50,496 nucleotides of DNA from a virus, in IMG/VR virus record IMGVR_UViG_3300045988_030456, positions 1 to 50,496 of that record; one strand, written 5' to 3'. Under the pieces are notes generated by a model. It ran no database searches and had not been told where the DNA came from. It was given only the letters and a program-made list of their open reading frames with translations. Below, piece after piece: positions 8,168-15,933 of the stretch. A program made the translations under genes and the position numbers. The stretch's first letter is position 1; every line of letters begins with the position of its first letter.

Positions 8168-8310
8168 TTACATTCAGTGCTTAACATTTCAGCTCCATAG
8201 CCTTTCAACTCTTTGCTCTTCCATTGCATGTTGTCTTTTCTTCTGGATTCTCCTATACTATTCATACAGGCACTGCCATGCCGAGTAATTCGGAAAAGTG
8301 AAAAGGAAAA

Positions 8311-8475
8311 CTAATCAAACTTTGCTCTGGCAGACATCAGCTCAGCCAGAGCTTTTGTCATTTCGGTTAATTCCTGGCTTTCGTAAATAGATGCAACACG
8401 TGCTGTTTCTTTCTGCAAAAAGTCACACAGTTTTTCAATGGTTTTATCTACTTTTAAAAGTTTGTCCTGTTCCAT
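8311..8475 (-). CDS. Small helical protein (54 aa), hypothetical
   Basis: My translation is MEQDKLLKVDKTIEKLCDFLQKETARVASIYESQELTEMTKALAELMSARAKFD with a GGGAGGTGA RBS. Confidence 0.45.
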   Translation of the reverse strand: MEQDKLLKVDKTIEKLCDFLQKETARVASIYESQELTEMTKALAELMSARAKFD

Positions 8476-8503
8476 GTTGTCACCTCCCTATATTCAATTT
8501 ATG

Positions 8504-8707
8504 TTATGCATTGACTTGTCCGATGTAATAAAACAGTAGTAATGCTACCGCAAAATTTATTGAAACCTGTGAACTGCAAGTCAAATACGGCACTCTCAAA
8601 AACAACCAGAACGGTTTTTCAATTTCTGTTACGATAAACGCCACAATCAATGCAGTTATCCCGTATACCGTGCAAATAACCGATGCAGTTATCATCTTTG
8701 TTATCAC
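8504..8707 (-). CDS. Small membrane protein (two predicted TM helices)
   Basis: ORF track. The sequence is hydrophobic. The real start is possibly the internal ATG at 8695. Confidence 0.4.
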   Translation of the reverse strand: MITKMITASVICTVYGITALIVAFIVTEIEKPFWLFLRVPYLTCSSQVSINFAVALLLFYYIGQVNA

Positions 8708-8716
8708 CCCTTTTTG

Positions 8717-8725
8717 TGTTATAAT
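8717..8725 (+). promoter_or_regulatory. Extended -10 promoter element TGtTATAAT for the plus-strand moron gene
   Basis: The sequence tgtgttataat lies 32 nt upstream of ATG 8757. Positions were fixed from the ORF-track frame. Confidence 0.45.
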
Positions 8726-8756
8726 TTTTCAAATGCTAAAGAAAAGAGGTTGTATA

Positions 8757-9311
8757 ATGCACGCAATTTTTAATTTCATGCAAGAATTATTCACAAGAGA
8801 AAATGTAACTTTTGCTATCGCAGTTTTCGGTGCTGTCGGTACTGCCAGGAGCATATTCCAATCCCGAAAGAAAGTAGAATTTATTCCGTTGGGATATACG
8901 CTAAACGAAGACCATGATTTGATTGTCCATTTTGAAATTATCAATCATTCCACCACTGCTATTTCCATCGTGAACATCTCTTATATTTACGATGGCGAAC
9001 ATTATTCGTGTTCAAAAGAACGTGCTATTGCCGAGTCAATTTATCACGAACGTATGCACGTACCTTGTCTGAAAGACTTTTATACACAACCTTTTCCTCT
9101 ACAACTGGTGGGTCGTGGTGGCACTTCGGAATATATTCGGTTTGAACTTCCGCCAGAAATTCATCCAGATTTTTCCAAACCTCAGACTTTTCAAGCGTCT
9201 GCCAATCGCGGAAAGGTAACCGAAATGAAACTTTCGCTATCTGATCCGTCATCATCCAGTTTACGTAAACATCATATTCCGACTTCAATCCGTTTGTTCT
9301 TTCGAAAATAG
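8757..9311 (+). CDS. Membrane-anchored beta-rich protein (DUF4352-like?), lysogeny-expressed moron candidate
   Basis: Internal ATG of ORF 8670..9311 with an AAGAGG RBS. It has an N-terminal TM helix followed by FEIINHSTTAISIVNISYIYDG...GGTSEYIRFELP. It has its own promoter-like element. Confidence 0.5.
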   Translation: MHAIFNFMQELFTRENVTFAIAVFGAVGTARSIFQSRKKVEFIPLGYTLNEDHDLIVHFEIINHSTTAISIVNISYIYDGEHYSCSKERAIAESIYHERMHVPCLKDFYTQPFPLQLVGRGGTSEYIRFELPPEIHPDFSKPQTFQASANRGKVTEMKLSLSDPSSSSLRKHHIPTSIRLFFRK

Positions 9312-9378
9312 TTTCTACACAATTACCGCTCACTTTCTGGGATATTGGCTTTCCATTGCCTAATGGACTGTATTCCAC
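9025..9378 (-). CDS. Hypothetical early protein (117 aa; GTG start), conflicts with plus-strand ORF 8757..9311
   Basis: Strong GGGAGGTGA RBS before the GTG at 9378, immediately downstream of the cro-like gene. It overlaps the convergent ORF by 287 nt, so one of the two may be an antisense shadow. Confidence 0.3.
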   Translation of the reverse strand: MEYSPLGNGKPISQKVSGNCVETIFERTNGLKSEYDVYVNWMMTDQIAKVSFRLPFRDWQTLEKSEVWKNLDEFLAEVQTEYIPKCHHDPPVVEEKVVYKSLSDKVRAYVRDKLTRQ

Positions 9379-9406
9379 GCTATCACCTCCCTGTATTTAA
9401 TTGCAA

Positions 9407-9425
9407 AATCCTATATTTTAGGATT
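9407..9425. promoter_or_regulatory. Palindromic operator AATCCTA-N5-TAGGATT
   Basis: Perfect inverted repeat overlapping the stop of the cro-like gene. The same half-site recurs in the divergent promoter region. Confidence 0.5.
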
Positions 9426-9636
9426 CTCTGTCCACAAAAATAAAGTCCATAGGAATACCAGAAAGTTCACTGATGGTCCTTAACTGACTTAAATCCGGCT
9501 CCGTTTTACCCAACTCCCAGTTAGTTACAGTCGCCGGAGAAACGCCCACTTTCTCAGCAAATTCTCTTTGTTTCAGCTTAGCATTAACTCTACATGCTGC
9601 TATGGAAATCCTCGGAACTTTGTAAGTCTCTACCAT
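9418..9636 (-). CDS. Cro-like XRE-family HTH regulator (72 aa)
   Basis: KLKQREFAEKVGVSPATVTNWELGKTEP is a classic XRE HTH. It is the first gene of the leftward early operon and is divergent from the plus-strand regulators. Confidence 0.8.
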   Translation of the reverse strand: MVETYKVPRISIAACRVNAKLKQREFAEKVGVSPATVTNWELGKTEPDLSQLRTISELSGIPMDFIFVDRES

Positions 9637-9668
9637 TTAGGTTCCTCCTTTCTTTATCTTATGCCTGT

Positions 9669-9697
9669 ATTATAATCCTATTTTTTCGTATTGTCAA
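9669..9697 (-). promoter_or_regulatory. Consensus sigma-70-type early promoter (TTGACA-17 nt-TATAAT) for the cro-like operon
   Basis: The minus strand reads TTGACAATACGAAAAAATAGGATTATAAT. The TAGGATT operator half-site overlaps the spacer and the -10 element. Confidence 0.65.
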
Positions 9698-9710
9698 TAT
9701 AATAATTTAA

Positions 9711-9758
9711 TTTTTTAGGATTCTTGTTGAATTTTTTAGGATTCTGTGATACTATAAT
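9711..9758 (+). promoter_or_regulatory. Two direct TTTTTTAGGATTCT operator repeats (21-nt phasing) plus -10 region (TGATACTATAAT) of the rightward promoter
   Basis: TAGGATT occurs at 9716-9722 and 9737-9743. TATAAT lies at 9753-9758, 24 nt upstream of ATG 9782. Confidence 0.5.
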
Positions 9759-9781
9759 AAACGTAGAGAGGAGGTGTTAAC

Positions 9782-10156
9782 ATGACCGAGGAGGAACAGA
9801 GAAAAATCTTCGCAAAGAACCTAAACTACTACATTTCCAATAGTGGAAAGCAACAAAAGGAAGTTGCTGAAGCGTTAGGATTCCCCCAAACAACTTTTAA
9901 TACTTGGTGCACTGGCAAGATAATGCCGAAGATGGGAAAGGTACAGGCAATAGCTGATTACTTTAAGATTTTAAAATCCGACTTGATTGACGATAAATCA
10001 TTCAAGGAACCATCAGAAGAATTTCTTGAGATTGTAGCAAAATTAGGCGCAGACGATGAACAGTTTCAGAAAATTATAATTGATTATTATCACATGAGCA
10101 CAGACAGAAAAAAAGTTTTTTGCGAGTTTTTCAACACTTTCGTTTCTGGCAACTAA
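9782..10156 (+). CDS. XRE-family HTH regulator (124 aa)
   Basis: IFAKNLNYYISNSGKQQKEVAEALGFPQTTFNTWCTGK is an HTH motif. GAGAGGAGG RBS. Confidence 0.8.
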   Translation: MTEEEQRKIFAKNLNYYISNSGKQQKEVAEALGFPQTTFNTWCTGKIMPKMGKVQAIADYFKILKSDLIDDKSFKEPSEEFLEIVAKLGADDEQFQKIIIDYYHMSTDRKKVFCEFFNTFVSGN

Positions 10157-10193
10157 AAAGGAAAAGGGGACATTAAGTCTCCTTTTCCTTTTC
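10156..10193 (+). terminator. Rho-independent terminator
   Basis: AAAAGGAAAAGGGGAC-ATTAA-GTCTCCTTTTCCTTTTC directly after the stop codon. Confidence 0.7.
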
Positions 10194-10381
10194 TTCTCTA
10201 TAGCACGCTTTGACAAAATAAAATACCAGTTTTAAATATTTTTCGCTTGTCATTGCGGTTACTGCTTCAAGAATCCGAGTTTTGTAATATTCTTGCTGTT
10301 TCTTTTCGTCCACATAAATCCCTCCAATATCCCGACACGTCATTCCAGTAGCGATTACCTATATTATAGAACATATGTTTG

Positions 10382-10540
10382 TTATCTGTCAATGTTTTCG
10401 CTGATAGCATCTTTTACTATAAGATAGATGTACCTCATTAGGCGGGGGTCACGGATGCCTTTTATCATCCGTTTGATTTCGTTTTCATAAGTATCCGTCC
10501 ATGTTTTGTTGCTCTTGCTGTTCATTTCGTCCTTTCCCAT
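10382..10540 (-). CDS. Small protein (52 aa), hypothetical; a similar small ORF lies at about 10.18-10.32 kb
   Basis: Internal ATG of ORF 10382..10597 with a GATAGGAGGT RBS. It is antisense-oriented between the two plus-strand regulator genes. Confidence 0.4.
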   Translation of the reverse strand: MGKDEMNSKSNKTWTDTYENEIKRMIKGIRDPRLMRYIYLIVKDAISENIDR

Positions 10541-10562
10541 TAGATTACCTCCTATCAATGGC

Positions 10563-10590
10563 TTGACAAGTGCCATTTTTGTCTTATAAT
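10563..10590 (+). promoter_or_regulatory. Near-consensus promoter TTGACA-16 nt-TATAAT upstream of the CI-like repressor gene
   Basis: ggcTTGACAagtgccatttttgtctTATAATaat. Positions were fixed from the ORF-track frame. Confidence 0.6.
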
Positions 10591-10721
10591 AATACATTGT
10601 AATACCTACATAGATTATAACTCGAAACTATAGTCAAGATGTTGGCCAAAATATCGTATTTTTCTTACAAAAAGAATGAAAAATAGCCAAGATATTAGCC
10701 TTTTCGACAGGATGTGACGTA

Positions 10722-11456
10722 ATGCTAACGAAAAATGAAATGTTGGATAACTTTGCACATAACATCGAAGAAGAGCGGAAAAGACTTGATTTTACGCAAG
10801 TTCTCTTTTCTAAGATGCTGGGTGTATCTGTGTCCACATACAAAAACATCGTTTCACGGAAGACTAATAATCTTGACGTTTTCTTAGCACTAAGGTTGTC
10901 GCAACTAACTAATAAACCTATCCCTGATCTCTTAGGGTGTTCTTCTAAGGAATACGAGGTATTGGGAAAATACAGGCAATTGACTGACAGACAACGTGCG
11001 TATATTCTTGGTAAGATGGACTATGAACTCTCTATGAAAGTGTTGGAAACGGATCCCGAAAACATGTTGGATGTTCTATGTCTCACTGGCGAGATGGCCG
11101 ACGGTATGATATTGGATTCCTCACACGAAGAACGGATATACTGCCCGGAATACATACAAAAGTACGGTGAGACGTTACATTGTGGCATAAAGATAACGAG
11201 CAACCACTTGCACCCTGTGTATGTTAAGGATGATATCATCTGCATATCCAAAAGAACACCAAGAAACGGTGATACCGTGATTGCTATACACAAAGAAACA
11301 GGACGTGCGTATATAAGACGGTATGTACATGGGAGCAAAACAAAGTTAGTCCCGATTAATGGATTTGGTGATACTATAGAAATTGATCCGAATAGTTTTG
11401 AAGAATTGGAACAATGGGTGATGTTTGGAGTTGTGATTGCGGTATTAAGAAGATAG
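10722..11456 (+). CDS. CI/LexA-like repressor: N-terminal XRE HTH plus C-terminal S24-peptidase-like domain
   Basis: HTH region FTQVLFSKMLGVSVSTYKNIVSRK. The C-terminal segment ...NGDTVIAIHKETGRAYIRRYV...LVPINGFGDTIEID is LexA/S24-like. The Ser/Lys dyad is not obviously intact (TSNHLHP; IRR instead of KR). Confidence 0.75.
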   Translation: MLTKNEMLDNFAHNIEEERKRLDFTQVLFSKMLGVSVSTYKNIVSRKTNNLDVFLALRLSQLTNKPIPDLLGCSSKEYEVLGKYRQLTDRQRAYILGKMDYELSMKVLETDPENMLDVLCLTGEMADGMILDSSHEERIYCPEYIQKYGETLHCGIKITSNHLHPVYVKDDIICISKRTPRNGDTVIAIHKETGRAYIRRYVHGSKTKLVPINGFGDTIEIDPNSFEELEQWVMFGVVIAVLRR

Positions 11457-11482
11457 CATACTATGTATGCGGAGGTATTTAT

Positions 11483-11968
11483 ATGCAGAATAAAAAGGTC
11501 TTGGAATTAGATAGCTTTTTCGGGAAACTTGTTGCTTGTGATGAATATGTAGAGATTATTCCTATGTATGTAACAGATTCTCGAAAACAAGGGAGAAAAT
11601 TCTATTATCAAAACATTAGCGGTATAACATGCAAAGAACCAAGTGTTTGGTGGGGGCCTGGATATATACAATTTATAATTCCGGGAGAACAGGCCAAGCA
11701 AATAAAATGGATGGGCAAAGGCTGGAAGAATACTGTTAAAAATGATCCAAATTCTTTACTTCTTTCGGTTATAGGAAAAGATTACAAAAAAAGATATAAA
11801 GAATTTATGGATTTTCTAAACAAAAAGATAAGCGACAAACCAGAATCTACCGCAGAAGTTGCAAATGATCTAAATCAGCTAAAAGCATTAAAAGAACTTC
11901 TTGACTGTGGAGCAATCAATAAGCAAGAATTTGAAGAAAAGAAAAGAAAAATACTTAATAAAATATAA
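11483..11968 (+). CDS. SHOCT-domain protein
   Basis: Start at an internal ATG with a GGAGG RBS. The C-terminus LNQLKALKELLDCGAINKQEFEEKKRKIL is a SHOCT motif. Confidence 0.65.
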   Translation: MQNKKVLELDSFFGKLVACDEYVEIIPMYVTDSRKQGRKFYYQNISGITCKEPSVWWGPGYIQFIIPGEQAKQIKWMGKGWKNTVKNDPNSLLLSVIGKDYKKRYKEFMDFLNKKISDKPESTAEVANDLNQLKALKELLDCGAINKQEFEEKKRKILNKI

Positions 11969-12008
11969 TCATAGCATACTATATAAAAAATTGAAAGGAA
12001 ACATAAAA

Positions 12009-12395
12009 ATGGATGACGGCAAAAAATACTGTAAGCATTGTGGAGAACGGATAGATTCTGATTGCGTAGTATGCCCGAAATGTGGTAAACAGGTGGAAGA
12101 ATTAAAAAGCAAAGATCAGAGCATAATCATAAACAACGCTCCGTCCGCTTCTTCTTCCGCAAGTTCCAGTGCAAGTGCTTCTGCTTCTTCCTCTGCAAGA
12201 TATTATGGATGCCCCAAAAATAAATGGATAGCATTTTTCTTATGCTTATGTTTGGGATTTGTTGGCGCACATAAATTTTACGAGGGAAAAATAGGCATGG
12301 GAATCCTGTATATATGTACGTTTGGACTTCTCTTCATCGGTGTGATTATAGATTTGATTGCTATCCTTGGAAAGCCAAATCCATATTATGTGTAA
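12009..12395 (+). CDS. Zinc-ribbon plus TM2-domain membrane protein
   Basis: YCKHCGERIDSDCVVCPKCG, then a Ser/Ala linker, then WIAFFLCLCLGFVGAHKFYEGKIGMGILYICTFGLLFIGVIIDLI, which is TM2-like. Confidence 0.7.
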   Translation: MDDGKKYCKHCGERIDSDCVVCPKCGKQVEELKSKDQSIIINNAPSASSSASSSASASASSSARYYGCPKNKWIAFFLCLCLGFVGAHKFYEGKIGMGILYICTFGLLFIGVIIDLIAILGKPNPYYV

Positions 12396-12406
12396 GGAAA
12401 AGTTAA

Positions 12407-12991
12407 ATGGGAAAGAAAAAAAGTGGTTGTCTTAAGCCTATACTTATAGTAATTGCTATATTTATAGTGCTCGGTGTGATAGGTTCAATGGCCGGAAGTG
12501 ATAAAAACGAACCCAAGAAAGTAAATTCTTCTTCTGACCAAAGCACTACAAACACAAAATCAAGCGAAAAAGAAGAAAAAGAAGAAAAGACAGAATTCCA
12601 AGTTGGAGAAACAGTTTCGCTCAAAGACGTTAATGTAACATTGGTAAGCTACACAGAATCAGCCGGAAGTGAATATGTGAAACCGGATGATGGAAAAGAG
12701 TTTTTGATACTTGAATTTAACATTGAGAACAATTCTTCAAAAGATATCAATATCAGTTCTGTAGCGAACTTTGAAGCTTATTGCGATGATTATTCGTTGA
12801 ATCAAGACATTCTCGGACAGCAAGCACCAGAAGCAGAGGGAAAGACGCAATTAGACGGATCAGTTGCTTCCGGAAAGAAAATGAGTGGAATTATCGTATA
12901 TCAAGTACTTACAGGCTATAAGAGCTTCGAAATTAATGTTGCACCGGATTTCTGGTCAACAAAAGATATAAAGTATGTAATTAATAAGTAA
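12407..12991 (+). CDS. DUF4352-like membrane-anchored or secreted protein (possible superinfection exclusion)
   Basis: N-terminal TM/signal sequence followed by a beta-rich domain EFLILEFNIENNSSKDINISS...SGIIVYQV. Confidence 0.65.
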   Translation: MGKKKSGCLKPILIVIAIFIVLGVIGSMAGSDKNEPKKVNSSSDQSTTNTKSSEKEEKEEKTEFQVGETVSLKDVNVTLVSYTESAGSEYVKPDDGKEFLILEFNIENNSSKDINISSVANFEAYCDDYSLNQDILGQQAPEAEGKTQLDGSVASGKKMSGIIVYQVLTGYKSFEINVAPDFWSTKDIKYVINK

Positions 12992-12995
12992 TTCA

Positions 12996-13038
12996 AAAAT
13001 CCCACTACTGGCAAGAAAACAGTAGTGGGATTTTTTTG
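12996..13038. terminator. Bidirectional rho-independent terminator between convergent genes
   Basis: AAAAATCCCACTACTG-loop-CAGTAGTGGGATTTTTTT. Coordinates are within 1-2 nt. Confidence 0.7.
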
Positions 13039-13068
13039 GTATTGTATGTAAAGTGTAATGCTCTTGTA

Positions 13069-14058
13069 TTATTTTACGATGCCGGATAAGAGCCAGTAGG
13101 TCGTGTCAAGTCCTACTTTTCTATCCGGTGTAAGTCCTCTGTTCCTCTGGAATACTTCTACACACTTCCCGAGGTAGTCTGTCCATCCCTCATTGTAAGA
13201 CAGCTTTGTAAAGCCGTATACGTCTCTGAGGGTTCGTCTAAGCCATCTGATAGCCGTGATACAGTTGTGTGTCTGGCCGGACCATAAGATATGCGTTTTA
13301 GCAAAATTCTGTGAGCCGACACCGAATTTGTCATCAACAGACAGTGCGTTGGTATCAAACCCTTTATTCATGGCTTTCTGCCATTCCCCTACACGGGAAT
13401 TGTTCAAGTAATACCGCTTGTCACCTTTCCAGGATTCATCTACCGGTTTAGGTGCCGGTGCTACAGTCGGCTTCTGTACCGGAGTTACCGTACCGCCCAA
13501 ATCCTTATAGAGATAGTTTACATCTACATTTCCAGGGATTCCAGGAATAGACCCTTTCGATGTGTACTGCCACATATCAATTCCGTCTACTCCGGCAGAT
13601 TTAGAGCCGTAAGATGCAATCCACAGAGAATATCCCCATGTCTGACCGATATAGTTCTTGTACCAAGATGTAGATGCATAGATTCCGGCTTTATAGCCAT
13701 GTGCCACCATTGCGTCACAAAATGCTTTTGCATTGGCTTTTGCAACGCCCTGTGTTCCCGGCTGTTCGCTGTCAAAATATACAGGCCATGCCGGAGAATG
13801 TCCTTTTAGAAGTCTTAATGCGTGGTTAATTTCTCCCTGTACTGCACCTGTAGACTTTGCGTAAGAATACAGATATACACCGTAAGGGATGCCAAGACGC
13901 TCACATTCAGATACATTTCTCAACCATTTTTTATCATCCTGTCCGGTCTGATCTTGTCCATATCCGCATCTAAGGATAGCACCTACAATGCCAGATGCTT
14001 TTACTTTCGCCCAGTCGATGTTTCCGTTATGTTCAGAAACATCGACTACCCTACTCAA
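13069..14058 (-). CDS. Endolysin: GH25 muramidase plus C-terminal cell-wall-binding region
   Basis: VVDVSEHNGNIDWAKVKASGIVGAILRCGYG...GVYLYSYA...DMWQYTSKGSIPGIPGNVDVNY are GH25 motifs. A Pro-rich linker precedes the C-terminal domain. Confidence 0.9.
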   Translation of the reverse strand: MSRVVDVSEHNGNIDWAKVKASGIVGAILRCGYGQDQTGQDDKKWLRNVSECERLGIPYGVYLYSYAKSTGAVQGEINHALRLLKGHSPAWPVYFDSEQPGTQGVAKANAKAFCDAMVAHGYKAGIYASTSWYKNYIGQTWGYSLWIASYGSKSAGVDGIDMWQYTSKGSIPGIPGNVDVNYLYKDLGGTVTPVQKPTVAPAPKPVDESWKGDKRYYLNNSRVGEWQKAMNKGFDTNALSVDDKFGVGSQNFAKTHILWSGQTHNCITAIRWLRRTLRDVYGFTKLSYNEGWTDYLGKCVEVFQRNRGLTPDRKVGLDTTYWLLSGIVK

Positions 14059-14236
14059 TATATCCCTCCTGTTTTAAATGTTCTTTTGCTTCTGCAATCT
14101 CAGCTGCATGCTCTTTTACAAACTTTTCTGCATCCGCTTTTTCCATGCCGTAGTGTTCTAACAATTCGTCTGCGGTATAACCGTAGGCACAGCTTTTGAC
14201 TACTTCGCAAATGGTTTCTTCGCTCATTGTTGCCAT
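14051..14236 (-). CDS. Hypothetical acidic protein (61 aa) upstream of the endolysin; not holin-like
   Basis: ORF track. No TM segment. Confidence 0.45.
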   Translation of the reverse strand: MATMSEETICEVVKSCAYGYTADELLEHYGMEKADAEKFVKEHAAEIAEAKEHLKQEGYIE

Positions 14237-14408
14237 ATTTATTCTCCTTTTCTTAGTGATACAATAATCATGGCATTTTCTACTTTTTTTGCTGTGCCCG
14301 TACTTTCTTTAAATAGCAAGGGATTTTTAACCGATTCTAAATAGTCAGATGTAAAACTTCTTGCATAGCACTTGTTACATTTCTTATTATGTTTTCAATA
14401 TTGTTCAT

Positions 14409-14455
14409 AAAAACACCCCTTTCAAGAGTTATATTACTCTCAAAAGAGGTGTTTC
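14409..14455 (-). terminator. Rho-independent terminator after the tail-fibre genes
   Basis: The minus strand reads AAACACCTCTTTTGAGAG...CTCTTGAAAGGGGTGTTTTT. Confidence 0.6.
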
Positions 14456-14558
14456 CTGTATATTTTATTTGTTTATTCTTGTCTGAAAAATTGCGTTTTG
14501 AATGCAAATTTTGATTAATCCACAAAATTCATTTAGTAAATTAAATGGGAAGACCAAA

Positions 14559-14903
14559 TTATTGTCCCAAAATAGTACCTGTTACACTTAACTCTGTGCT
14601 GACAAGCCATGTACCATTTTTCTTTGCTTGTAATCGTACACCGTTGATTTTTCCGGTTGTATTATTTATTAGAAATGAGTTGATCACAAATGAAACTTCA
14701 TCTATCGGATTAATACTAATTGCCGGATCATTATTATATTCAAATCCGTCAAAGTAGAATGCAAAATCCCCATACGGAGATCCAGTTGTAACAGTAATGT
14801 CAAAGTAGAATATTTCGGTTATGTTTTTGGCTCTTATCTGCTTGCTATTTTGTTTAAGAAATTTTTGAAAAAATTCCACTTTCGATTGAATATCGACTAT
14901 CAA
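14559..14903 (-). CDS. Hypothetical tail-associated protein (114 aa)
   Basis: ORF track. It overlaps the upstream gene end by 50 nt, so the start may be internal. Confidence 0.4.
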   Translation of the reverse strand: MIVDIQSKVEFFQKFLKQNSKQIRAKNITEIFYFDITVTTGSPYGDFAFYFDGFEYNNDPAISINPIDEVSFVINSFLINNTTGKINGVRLQAKKNGTWLVSTELSVTGTILGQ

Positions 14904-15522
14904 GTTTCAGACCATATCTATATAATACTATCAGTCCGTATGTACCATTATCATATCTATATCCAACGGCAAGATATCTCGAACCGGCTATAAAACTTTT
15001 AAAGAACGTTCCTTCTTTCGGAAATCTGTTCTTAGTCACTGCATCCTTTACACATTCATCAATTCCACCAAGAGCATGATATTCCGAGTCTTGATAATAT
15101 ATTACTGAAGTATCAATCTGAGCCTTGCTATTTAATGTAAGAAGAGCACCCGTAACTGTGCCATTTCCGATGCCGGATATATCCGCACTTCCTACTAATT
15201 TGATCAGTGTGTTGAGGTCTGTGAACCATTTTTTCACCTTCCCGAATAATGTAGGTATTGATTCGCCACTGTTGATATTATTCCTTGTCTCAGCTTCAGA
15301 GAATGTCGGATTATTTAATTCATTAATTGCCCCTATAACCGTCTTATTTTGCGTCTCTAATTTTGCAAACACCTTGCTTGCGAGCTTGTCTAAAAAGTAG
15401 TCAGCTAAAGTCGACAATGTGACACGCTTGTTTGCTTTTGGAGTTTTATCTGTATCCAGTGTCATAACCTCATCAGTATCAGTCGGGTTTGTATCTGTAG
15501 TGTAATCTGTCCATTTTGCCAT
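14854..15522 (-). CDS. Tail fibre / receptor-binding-like protein (222 aa)
   Basis: The N-terminus MAKWTDYTTDTNPTDTDEVM...RVTLSTLADYF is typical of phage fibre proteins. It lies downstream of the tail-tip gene. Confidence 0.45.
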   Translation of the reverse strand: MAKWTDYTTDTNPTDTDEVMTLDTDKTPKANKRVTLSTLADYFLDKLASKVFAKLETQNKTVIGAINELNNPTFSEAETRNNINSGESIPTLFGKVKKWFTDLNTLIKLVGSADISGIGNGTVTGALLTLNSKAQIDTSVIYYQDSEYHALGGIDECVKDAVTKNRFPKEGTFFKSFIAGSRYLAVGYRYDNGTYGLIVLYRYGLKLDSRYSIESGIFSKIS

Positions 15523-15579
15523 AATTATTTCTCCTTTTTTAATAAATATTATTTCATTTGTTTTGTTGTGGATTTACAA

Positions 15580-15816
15580 CTATTTTGCTTCTTTTTCTCT
15601 TTCGTCTGTTAATGCATTTAACTGTTCGACCACCAAATTGTGATCATAGGAATCTTGTATTTCCCTTTTTTCTTTTACTTCGGACACAACAGCACAAAGA
15701 ACATACTGCATCAATCCGGCAGGCATATTGTTCTTTTCCATAATGTCGGACACCAATGAGCCGACCTCCTGTTTTGCAATGTCCATGAGCTGATATATTG
15801 GCATTTTATTCTTCAT
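15580..15816 (-). CDS. Hypothetical protein (78 aa from the internal ATG)
   Basis: ORF 15580..15858 trimmed to MKNKMPIYQ..., which has an AAAGGAG RBS. Confidence 0.4.
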   Translation of the reverse strand: MKNKMPIYQLMDIAKQEVGSLVSDIMEKNNMPAGLMQYVLCAVVSEVKEKREIQDSYDHNLVVEQLNALTDEREKEAK

Positions 15817-15933
15817 CTTCTTTGCTCTCCTTTCTGATTGTTGAACTTCCGCTTTCACCCGTCAAGGTTTTGTGCGTTGGCTCAATCTGCTTTTTTTCTG
15901 TTTCACGTTCTTTTTCTTTTAACAATCTTTTCA

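Noticed and set aside
10634-10849. 71-aa minus-strand ORF overlapping the CI-like gene start; also 12403..12624 (-)
   Set aside because: They are antisense to well-supported plus-strand genes and lack an RBS.
12120-12190. Ser/Ala-rich repeat (SASSSASSSASASASSS) as a DNA tandem-repeat element
   Set aside because: It is a short low-complexity linker within the zinc-ribbon/TM2 protein, with no evidence of independent function.
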